The notes beneath the pieces are model-generated. The model saw only the letters and a list, made by a program, of their open reading frames with translations, made no database searches and was not told the origin of the DNA. A stretch of DNA of 64,000 nucleotides from Bryobacterales bacterium (GTDB lineage Bacteria > Acidobacteriota > Terriglobia > Bryobacterales > UBA6623): positions 662,187-726,186 of the forward strand of contig CBDFJA010000004.1 in the NCBI GenBank assembly GCA_965248365.1, in the 5' to 3' direction. This document shows positions 47,038 through 54,858 of the stretch, piece by piece; the first letter of the stretch is position 1; every line of letters begins with the position of its first letter. A program made the position numbers and the translations under genes.

Positions 47038-48366
47038 CACTGCTGTCCGGTTAAAAGTCGAATAGAATCAATTGGTTGGGGTCATAGGGGGATTCGTTTG
47101 GGGAGTCGGATGGCTGGAGTGCCTGTAAAAGGGGCATTTTTTCGAATTGCGTAACGCTGAGAATCTGTAGAATCTGGTAAAGACTCGCTTCCAGCCCGAG
47201 CCGTTTCCGGACGATGGCGATGAGCACGTAAATCGAGACAGCGATCCAGATCTGCGTCTTGACGGCGTTCTCGCTGGTGCCGTAAAACGAGTTGATTCGC
47301 AGATGTTGCTTGATCCACTTGAAGAACAACTCAATCTGCCAACGCGACTTGTAGATGTGGGCGATGGTCAGCGCCGGGAGCGCGAAGTTGTTGGTCAGAA
47401 ACTTCAGCCGCTTGTTCGTCCGGGCGTCGAAGTAACTGACCCTCCGCAACGGGTCGGGATAGGCTTGGGCCGATTCGATGGCAGCCAGTATGACGGTCTG
47501 ATCCGAGCGCAAGCCCGTGGATTTGTCGACGGGATGCGAGTAGCGCCGTTGGAGCAAGATGTTCTTCTTGGTTCGCACGACGAAGAACGACGAGCAGAGA
47601 GTGAACACGAAGAGGCGTTCGAAATCGACGTAGGCCCGATCCATGACGTAGAACGCGCCGGCCTCCGGGCCGATCTCGTCGAGGATGTTGATGTCGTGCA
47701 CTTTGCCTCCAGTAATGCGGATGAACGTGGGAATATTGCCGTGCAGATCCAGCAGCGTGGGCATCTTCACGGCGGCCTTTTGCTTGCGGAATCTCGCCCA
47801 CGGAAACAGCGACAGGCAGAGGTCGATTGTTGTCGAGTCGAGAGCGTACAGAGTCTGGTCCAAGTCCACACCGATCGGGTCGTGGGCATATAACGGCCGT
47901 GCCATGCCAATCAAGACCTGCGCGAAGTCCGCGTAGATCCGCCAGTCGCGCGACTCGTTCGCATCGGCCAGTGTCGAGCGCGCTACCCTGCCGCGGAATC
48001 CCATGTGGTAGAGTTTGCCGTGCATCGAACGCAGGCACGTCTCGATGTCGCGGAGGCTTGCCCGATAGGTCAGCTGGGCGAATGCCATCGCAAGAAACTG
48101 ATCCCAGCAGGAGAAACTTTTCAGATAGGAATCGCCGCGGTAGCGCGATACACATTTCTGAAACTCTTTGCTCGGTAGGTGCTCGATCAGTTGGGAGAAA
48201 ACCGTACGGCCAAGGTTCATCCCTCATTGTGCCGCGTCCGGATGCTCCGTTCAGGCGACCATTTGCGGCCTCGGGATTTCAAATCGTTCCCGGGCAAAAC
48301 AGGCCATAAGACATTGAGCGGTCGAGACTTACCGTCCGATGGCGCGACTTTCCCCGGACAGCACTG
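47038..48366 (-). mobile_element. 1329-bp IS, copy B
   Basis: CACTGCTGTCCGG at 47038 and CCGGACAGCACTG ending at 48366. Inverted relative to copy A. Confidence 0.9.
47051..48220 (-). CDS. DDE transposase of the 1329-bp IS (copy B)
   Basis: 389 aa, with 1 aa difference from copy A (H/Q). Confidence 0.9.
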   Translation of the reverse strand: MNLGRTVFSQLIEHLPSKEFQKCVSRYRGDSYLKSFSCWDQFLAMAFAQLTYRASLRDIETCLRSMHGKLYHMGFRGRVARSTLADANESRDWRIYADFAQVLIGMARPLYAHDPIGVDLDQTLYALDSTTIDLCLSLFPWARFRKQKAAVKMPTLLDLHGNIPTFIRITGGKVHDINILDEIGPEAGAFYVMDRAYVDFERLFVFTLCSSFFVVRTKKNILLQRRYSHPVDKSTGLRSDQTVILAAIESAQAYPDPLRRVSYFDARTNKRLKFLTNNFALPALTIAHIYKSRWQIELFFKWIKQHLRINSFYGTSENAVKTQIWIAVSIYVLIAIVRKRLGLEASLYQILQILSVTQFEKMPLLQALQPSDSPNESPYDPNQLILFDF

Positions 48367-48980
48367 ATGCAAGCTAGCAAGCCGCCGACCGCCATCAGCA
48401 TCATCAAATAGGGAGCCGCTACCGGGTCGAACACGCCGAAGAGTTCACTGGCCGTCTTCGAACCCACCCAGGCGCCCAGGGAACTGCCCACGCCGACCAA
48501 AGGAAACAGCCGCTTGCCCTGCTCTTCGGTAAAAACGTCGTTCGCGAAGGCCCAAAACTGCGCGATCACCAGAACATTAAAAATGCCGATCCACAGAAAG
48601 AAGGCCACGCCGACCCGTACGCCCGAGACGCCCAAGACAGCGAAGATTCCGAGATGAGAGATGAAAGAAAGCGTCACCCAAGTAATCAGGCGAGTGCGGT
48701 TGACCTTGCCCGCAAACGCTCCGTAAGCAGGGACCACGGCCAGCAGCAGAAGAGCCTGGCCCGCCGCGGCATAGCTCTTGATCTCAGCGCCGCCCTCGCT
48801 GAGGATGAGGGCTTCCCGGACCGTCTTGAGCAGATAGTAAGAGGCGAGCAGCAGGAATACATTGGCGGCGAGTAACAGCGCGGTGGCGCCTTCGCCGGGT
48901 TTGACCTGGCTGAAAACCGAAAGGGCCTTGTCCAGAAGCCCTTTCTTCCCCTCCGCGATGGGCTTAACAACCTCTTGCAT
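48367..48980 (-). pseudogene. 5' fragment of a TLC/AAA-family (ATP:ADP antiporter-like) transporter, truncated by IS copy B
   Basis: MQEVVKPIAEGKKGLLDKALSVFSQVKPGEGATALLLAANVFLLLASYYLLKTVREALILSEGGAEIKSYAAAGQALLL... Only about 200 aa (6 helices) remain before the IS end. Confidence 0.5.
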
Positions 48981-49152
48981 GGTCGAGCCCCAGGGCCTTG
49001 GCGGCCGAGACAAGCAACCAGTGTAACAGCCCGCCGTGGCCTCCTTCCGAGATGCCGATGCCCTTCCAGCACGAGGCGGGTCGACGTCGGATCAAGCGCC
49101 GCGACGGACGCCCGGCCGCCGAGCTCTAGCCGTCTGTTTCAGACAAAACCGT

Positions 49153-49363
49153 CTGATCCTCCAGGCGACGTGGCGCGCGCATTCTTGCGTGCCGTGTCGC
49201 CATTCTTGGCGACATTTCTCATTGCTGCGCCGGCCCTTCTGCCGGGCATTGGGATGCCGGCAAGCATGCCGGCACAGCACGCTGAAAGCGTGCGCCACGT
49301 CGTTGTCAAGCCGATCAGATCCTGTCGCTTTCGAGCCCGACATTCTCAAATCCGTGGTGAACC
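49153..49363 (+). repeat. R2 structured repeat, copy c (long form with inverted duplication)
   Basis: CTGATCC..GACGTGGCGCGCGCATTCTTGCGTGCC, the hairpin TGTCGCCA-TTCT-TGGCGACA, ... GCACGCTGAAAGCGTGCGCCACGTC..GATCAG, ending TGTCGCTTTCGAGCCCGACATTC. Confidence 0.8.
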
Positions 49364-49386
49364 CGTTTCGAGAACAGGCCACCCGC

Positions 49387-49689
49387 CTAGTCCAGGTCGA
49401 TGTCGCGGGGGAACTGTTTTTGAGGACCTTCCGAGCGCGCCTTCTTGAGCAGTCCCTCGAAGCGCTTATCGAGCACCTTGCCGTGTTGGCGTTCGGCCTG
49501 CACTTGCTCGCGAAACCTCTGATCACGACTACCTTCTTCCGACTTGAGTTGCCGGACCGCCTTTTGAAGATCGAGCGGGGCTTCCTTCGGCTTCGGCGCT
49601 TGATGAGATAGGATGGCCTCGGTCTCCGCGTCGACTTCGAGCTTGGCGCCGCAGCAAGGGCACTCGATCTCGAAAACCCCGTCGTCCAT
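49387..49689 (-). CDS. Small zinc-ribbon protein (hypothetical)
   Basis: 100 aa with an N-terminal CPCCGAKLEV motif followed by a charged, helical tail. Confidence 0.5.
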   Translation of the reverse strand: MDDGVFEIECPCCGAKLEVDAETEAILSHQAPKPKEAPLDLQKAVRQLKSEEGSRDQRFREQVQAERQHGKVLDKRFEGLLKKARSEGPQKQFPRDIDLD

Positions 49690-49814
49690 GCCTATATCCT
49701 AGCGAAACAAGACCCGGGCGGAAGCGAGACTTTGCGCGCCCTGCCCTTCAGATCGCGACAAGCAAGCGCTTGTGTGTGTTCAGTCGCGCGGTATACTAAT
49801 TTTGCGTCCTCCGC

Positions 49815-49888
49815 TGGGAGGTAGTGTAACGGTAACACGACAGATTCTGGATCTGTTTATCGGGGTTCGAGTCCCTGCCTCCCAGCCA
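49815..49888 (+). tRNA. tRNA-Gln (anticodon CUG)
   Basis: Manual cloverleaf: acceptor TGGGAGG/CCTCCCA, D arm GTGT-AACGGTA-ACAC, anticodon arm ACAGA-TTCTGGA-TCTGT, T arm CGGGG-TTCGAGT-CCCTG, G73, encoded CCA. 74 nt. Confidence 0.9.
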
Positions 49889-50019
49889 ATATTTTCTTTC
49901 TCTTTTATTTGTAATCACTTACAGTCGTGAGATAATCTTGGTGCCCGTTAGTTGTGGTGTTTTGGGCACCAAGGGCTTCCGCTGTGGGGGCCTGTTTTTG
50001 TTTCCAAAGGAGTCCCCTC

Positions 50020-51130
50020 GTGAGAACCGGCAAGCGGGTCAGGATCATCAAGAAGATTCGTGAGGAGAGCGGCCGGTGGCGATTTGTCTATCTGCAACGC
50101 AACGGGAATCGCTACGTTTGGGACGACCGCCCGGGCACCTACTTCCTGGAGTGGTGGCAAGATGGTGGGAAACGGCGTCAGACGGCAGGCCAGACTCCAA
50201 GTGAAGCAATTGAAGTCCAGCGCCGAAAGCGCAACGAGCTAATTGGTGAGATGGTCAGCGGCGGCAGGGAGGTTGTGTTGAGGAACAAGGCTCGGGCACG
50301 ACAATCGGTGAAGCCAAGGCCATGTTTTTGGATCATGTCCTGGTGCATTCGCCTGATAAGCCCAACACCCTCCGGCGCTACGGAAAGGTGCTTGAGCACT
50401 TTGAGCGGGTCATGGGCAAGGGCAAGTTCGTTGAAGCCGTCAGCCGGGCCGACGTTGATGATTATAAGACCCGTCGGAGCAAGCAGAAGGTTCAGTGGCC
50501 CCTGGGAAGTGAGCGGCTGATTACTCTCCGAACTATCAATTTTGAGGTCAGCGTCCTTCGGACGTTTTTTTACTTCTTGATGAACGAGCGGGGCCTGAAG
50601 ATGGAGAATCCATGTGCCCGCTTTAAGGCCCTGAAGGACTCGAAAGAGAAATCGAAGCGCAAACCCCCGACCTACTCACAAGAGGAACTCGACAAGCTGT
50701 TTGGGGCTTGCAGCGAGTTCGAGAAAACGGTTTTCGCCACATTGCTTCTGACCGGCTTTCGGGAACAGGAGCTTTGCTACCTTGTATGGCCTGATGTCAG
50801 TCTTAGACAGAGCAAAAAGGCAACTGTCCGGCTGAGCGGTGAAGGCAAGGATGGATTCTCGCCCAAGGACTATGAGGAACGCACAATTCCGATACCTGAA
50901 GAGTTGTCAGGCCTCTTGAAGAAGCTGCCACGAACCTCAGAGTGGGTCTTCCCGAACGGTAAGGGCGGGAGAATGACGCACTTGCTGAGGAGACTGAAGA
51001 AGGTTGCTGGCCACACCGGGGTCAGAAATGCCACTCTCCACAAATTCCGCCACACCTACGCGACGAGGCTTCTTGAGTCGGGCTGTGACATCGTCACGGT
51101 TCAGAGGCTGATGGACCATAGTGATCTGGA
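50020..51130 (+). pseudogene. Tyrosine recombinase (phage-type integrase), frameshifted near 50295 and truncated by IS copy C before the catalytic Tyr
   Basis: AAGGAG RBS and GTG start. The N-terminal arm-binding-like VRTGKRVRIIKKIREESGRWRFVYLQRNG is in one frame, and TIGEAKAMFLDHV... through HKFRHTYATRLLESGCDIVTVQRLMDHSDLD is in another. The IS begins at 51131. Confidence 0.8.
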
Positions 51131-52459
51131 CACTGCTGTCCGGTTAAAAGTCGAATAGAATCAATTGGTTGGGGTCATAGGGGGATTCGTTTGGGGAGTC
51201 GGATGGCTGGAGTGCCTGTAAAAGGGGCATTTTTTCGAATTGCGTAACGCTGAGAATCTGTAGAATCTGGTAAAGACTCGCTTCCAGCCCGAGCCGTTTC
51301 CGGACGATGGCGATGAGCACGTAAATCGAGACAGCGATCCGGATCTGCGTCTTGACGGCGTTCTCGCTGGTGCCGTAAAACGAGTTGATTCGCAGATGTT
51401 GCTTGATCCACTTGAAGAACAACTCAATCTGCCAACGCGACTTGTAGATGTGGGCGATGGTCAGCGCCGGGAGCGCGAAGTTGTTGGTCAGAAACTTCAG
51501 CCGCTTGTTCGTCCGGGCGTCGAAGTAACTGACCCTCCGCAACGGGTCGGGATAGGCTTGGGCCGATTCGATGGCAGCCAGTATGACGGTCTGATCCGAG
51601 CGCAAGCCCGTGGATTTGTCGACGGGATGCGAGTAGCGCCGTTGGAGCAAGATGTTCTTCTTGGTTCGCACGACGAAGAACGACGAGCAGAGAGTGAACA
51701 CGAAGAGGCGTTCGAAATCGACGTAGGCCCGATCCATGACGTAGAACGCGCCGGCCTCCGGGCCGATCTCGTCGAGGATGTTGATGTCGTGCACTTTGCC
51801 TCCAGTAATGCGGATGAACGTGGGAATATTGCCGTGCAGATCCAGCAGCGTGTGCATCTTCACGGCGGCCTTTTGCTTGCGGAATCTCGCCCACGGAAAC
51901 AGCGACAGGCAGAGGTCGATTGTTGTCGAGTCGAGAGCGTACAGAGTCTGGTCCAAGTCCACACCGATCGGGTCGTGGGCATATAACGGCCGTGCCATGC
52001 CAATCAAGACCTGCGCGAAGTCCGCGTAGATCCGCCAGTCGCGCGACTCGTTCGCATCGGCCAGTGTCGAGCGCGCTACCCTGCCGCGGAATCCCATGTG
52101 GTAGAGTTTGCCGTGCATCGAACGCAGGCACGTCTCGATGTCGCGGAGGCTTGCCCGATAGGTCAGCTGGGCGAATGCCATCGCAAGAAACTGATCCCAG
52201 CAGGAGAAACTTTTCAGATAGGAATCGCCGCGGTAGCGCGATACACATTTCTGAAACTCTTTGCTCGGTAGGTGCTCGATCAGTTGGGAGAAAACCGTAC
52301 GGCCAAGGTTCATCCCTCATTGTGCCGCGTCCGGATGCTCCGTTCAGGCGACCATTTGCGGCCTCGGGATTTCAAATCGTTCCCGGGCAAAACAGGCCAT
52401 AAGACATTGAGCGGTCGAGACTTACCGTCCGATGGCGCGACTTTCCCCGGACAGCACTG
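51131..52459 (-). mobile_element. 1329-bp IS, copy C
   Basis: CACTGCTGTCCGG at 51131 and CCGGACAGCACTG ending at 52459. Same orientation as copy B. Confidence 0.9.
51144..52313 (-). CDS. DDE transposase of the 1329-bp IS (copy C)
   Basis: 389 aa, with 2 aa differences from copy B (P/H, W/R). Confidence 0.9.
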   Translation of the reverse strand: MNLGRTVFSQLIEHLPSKEFQKCVSRYRGDSYLKSFSCWDQFLAMAFAQLTYRASLRDIETCLRSMHGKLYHMGFRGRVARSTLADANESRDWRIYADFAQVLIGMARPLYAHDPIGVDLDQTLYALDSTTIDLCLSLFPWARFRKQKAAVKMHTLLDLHGNIPTFIRITGGKVHDINILDEIGPEAGAFYVMDRAYVDFERLFVFTLCSSFFVVRTKKNILLQRRYSHPVDKSTGLRSDQTVILAAIESAQAYPDPLRRVSYFDARTNKRLKFLTNNFALPALTIAHIYKSRWQIELFFKWIKQHLRINSFYGTSENAVKTQIRIAVSIYVLIAIVRKRLGLEASLYQILQILSVTQFEKMPLLQALQPSDSPNESPYDPNQLILFDF

Positions 52460-52557
52460 TACTTGAACAGTACGTTGAGCACGGCGAGCAAGCGCAACAC
52501 AGTAATGGCGGGGCTATTGCGTGCTTCGACCGTCAGGTGGTGAGAAATGCGGGCTAG
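52460..52557 (+). repeat. R1 repeat, copy h (right half only, cut at the apex by IS copy C)
   Basis: TACTTGAACAGTACGTTGAGCACGGCGAGCAAGCGCAAC...GTGGTGAGAAATGCGGG|CTAG. Confidence 0.85.
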
Positions 52558-52705
52558 GGGAGTTCAGACTTGCGGTGTCGCAAGCAGGCCGGTATAAAGA
52601 ACTAAAGTTCCCCCGGCTGTATTCTAGGGGATCAGGTCCTCACGGACAGGAAACAGAGTTTCTGAACCGCTGAGTCCCGCGAATCATGCTGCCACGGCCT
52701 GTGTC

Positions 52706-52763
52706 CGGACTGTAGGGGCACAGCATGCTGTGCCCGTGACCCAAAGTCGCCGTATTTCGCGAG
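52706..52763 (+). repeat. R5 repeat, copy b
   Basis: CGGACTGTAGGGGCACAGCATGCTGTGCCCGTGACCCAAAGTCGCCGTATTTCGCGAG. Includes the perfect 20-nt palindrome GGGCACAGCATGCTGTGCCC (52716-52735). Confidence 0.7.
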
Positions 52764-52839
52764 ACCCAATAGGGGACGGGGTCATCCCCCCGGGTGGGGA
52801 TCATTCCGTTCCCGCCGCGAGCAAACTTCCGAGGAAACC

Positions 52840-54102
52840 ATGGACGCCAACCGCCAACTGCTTGAAGCGAACGATCCCGAGATTTTCGACGCGCTCGTTG
52901 GGGAGGAGAAACGCCAGCAGGCCGGCGTCGAGCTTATCCCTTCCGAGAACTATACTTATCCGGAAGTTCTGGCTGTGTTGGGCTCCGTCTTCACCAACAA
53001 GTATTCGGAGGGCTATCCGGGAAGACGCTACTACGGCGGGCAACAGTATACCGACGTGATTGAAGACTTGGCCCGCGACCGCGCGAAGCAGTTGTTCGGC
53101 TGCGAGCACGCCAACGTTCAGCCCCTTTCGGGCTCGCCGATGAACCAGGCTGTTTACATGGCCTTTCTCCAGCCCGGGGACACCGTGCTCGGGATGGATC
53201 TCTCACACGGCGGCCACCTCACGCACGGCGCGCCTGTCTCGCACATGGGCAAGATCTACAACTTCATTCGCTACAAGACGCTTCCCGAGGAAAAGGGCCG
53301 AATCGACTTCGATGAGCTTCGCCGAACGGCGATTGAGTCTAAGCCCAAGCTGGTCTTATGCGGCTACTCTTCCTACCCGCGCGACTATGACTACGCGAAC
53401 TTCAAGGAGATCGCCGACGAAGTGGGCGCCCTTACCATGGCCGATGTTTCGCACATCGGCGGCTTGATCGCCGGAGGCGCCATGAGAAACCCCTGTGACG
53501 CGGGCTTTGATTTCGTCACCACCACCACGCACAAATCGATGCGCGGTCCGCGCGGCGGGATGATTCTCTGCAAGAAGGAGTTCGCCAAAACGATTGACCG
53601 CTCGGTGTTCCCCGGTCTCCAAGGCGGTCCGCACATGAACGCCGTGGCGGCCGTGGCCATCACCCTGGGCAAAGCGGGCCAACCCGAATACAAGGAGTAT
53701 TGTCGCCAGGTTCTCGACAATGCCCAGGTGCTGGCTCAGACGCTGATCGAAAACGGCGCCAAGCTGATCACCGGCGGCACCGAAAACCACATGATGGTCA
53801 TCGACACGGTGACAAGTTTCGGCATCAACGGGCGCGTCGCCGAGGAGGCCCTGGACGAAGTTTCGATCACGACCAACAAGCAAGTCATCCCCGATGACCC
53901 GAATCCGCCGCTTCGCCCCAGCGGCATTCGCCTCGGCACGCCGGCGGCGACGACGCGCGGTATGAAAGAACCGGAAATGAAGCGTCTGGGGCAGTGGATG
54001 ACCAAGGCTCTCCACCACCACGAGGACAAAGCTCTGCTGGCCTCGGTTCGCGGTGAAGTCGAAGAGTTGTGTTCGCGACTTCCCGTGCCGGGAATTACCT
54101 GA
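52840..54102 (+). CDS. glyA: Serine hydroxymethyltransferase
   Basis: 420 aa. ELIPSENY, YSEGYPGRRYYGG and TTTTHKSMRGPRGG (PLP lysine) motifs. Confidence 0.95.
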   Translation: MDANRQLLEANDPEIFDALVGEEKRQQAGVELIPSENYTYPEVLAVLGSVFTNKYSEGYPGRRYYGGQQYTDVIEDLARDRAKQLFGCEHANVQPLSGSPMNQAVYMAFLQPGDTVLGMDLSHGGHLTHGAPVSHMGKIYNFIRYKTLPEEKGRIDFDELRRTAIESKPKLVLCGYSSYPRDYDYANFKEIADEVGALTMADVSHIGGLIAGGAMRNPCDAGFDFVTTTTHKSMRGPRGGMILCKKEFAKTIDRSVFPGLQGGPHMNAVAAVAITLGKAGQPEYKEYCRQVLDNAQVLAQTLIENGAKLITGGTENHMMVIDTVTSFGINGRVAEEALDEVSITTNKQVIPDDPNPPLRPSGIRLGTPAATTRGMKEPEMKRLGQWMTKALHHHEDKALLASVRGEVEELCSRLPVPGIT

Positions 54103-54186
54103 GGTCGGGTTTCGCTTAGCAAGTCATTCGAAAATTCGTTTGCAAAAGGCGGCCGACTGTAGACCGATCGCCGTAGTGTCGTAGCC

Positions 54187-54371
54187 CTAGCCCGCTTTTC
54201 TCACCACGTGGCGAGGCGAAGTGCGTGAGAGGCCCGTCAGTACAAGGCGCGCGCCGCTCGGCGCGCGGAGGCGTACTCGAACAGTACGTTGAGCACGGCG
54301 AGCAAGCGCAACGCCGTAATGGCGGGCCTATTGCGTGCTTCGACCGTCAGGTGGTGAGAAATGCGGGCTAG
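54187..54371 (+). repeat. R1 repeat, copy i (intact, CTAG/CTAG flanks)
   Basis: CTAG|CCCGCTTTTCTCACCAC...GTGGTGAGAAATGCGGG|CTAG. 185 bp. Confidence 0.9.
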
Positions 54372-54518
54372 GCGGAACGGCCTCGAACCTCTTGCTTGAC
54401 CAACTACGCCTCGGCGCGCAGGGCCGTTGCCGATCGGCGCTTCCCATCCGCCCGGGTGCTCGAATTCGTTTTGCAGTGCGGCGACTTTCTGCCTAGAATA
54501 AAGTGGGCGGTGAAACGA

Positions 54519-54809
54519 ATGGCAGAGAGAATGGTTCAATGCGTAAAGTTCGGCAAACAGCTTCGCGGTCTCGATGAGACGCCTTTTGAAGGGGAGTTGG
54601 GCCAGAGGATCTATGACAACGTGTCAAAAGACGCTTGGGCATTGTGGGCCGAGCACCTGAAGATGGTCATCAACGAGTACCGGCTCAACCCGGCGACGAT
54701 GGAGGCGCAGGAACTCATCATGAAGCAGATGGAAGAGTTCTTCTTCGGCGAGGGATCGCAGCTCCCCCCGGGATATGTCCCGCCCACGCCCGGGCAGACG
54801 AAACAGTAA
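54519..54809 (+). CDS. yggX: Fe(2+)-trafficking / oxidative-damage protection protein YggX
   Basis: MVQCVKFGKQLRGLDETPFEGELGQRIYDNVSKDAWALWAEHLKMVINEYRL is the YggX signature. The start is at 54519 or 54531. Confidence 0.8.
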   Translation: MAERMVQCVKFGKQLRGLDETPFEGELGQRIYDNVSKDAWALWAEHLKMVINEYRLNPATMEAQELIMKQMEEFFFGEGSQLPPGYVPPTPGQTKQ

Positions 54810-54858
54810 TCGGCGTTCCGCCGCGTCGGACAGGGACACCAGCCAGCGCCCGGCAAGA

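Noticed and set aside
44982-48366. Reading IS copies A and B plus the interior as a single composite-transposon insertion into one ancestral site.
   Set aside because: The outer flanks are a beta-propeller gene 3' part and a transporter 5' part. They are unrelated genes, share no direct repeat, and cannot be joined into one ORF.
52558-52839. Possible riboswitch (ZTP/pfl, THF or glycine type) in the glyA leader.
   Set aside because: The conserved cores I know for these classes (for example GGGUCGUGACUGGCG ... CCGCCUGGGCA for ZTP) are not present beyond short chance matches. The most structured part is the R5 repeat, which also occurs upstream of rpsT. A covariance-model scan would be needed to be sure.
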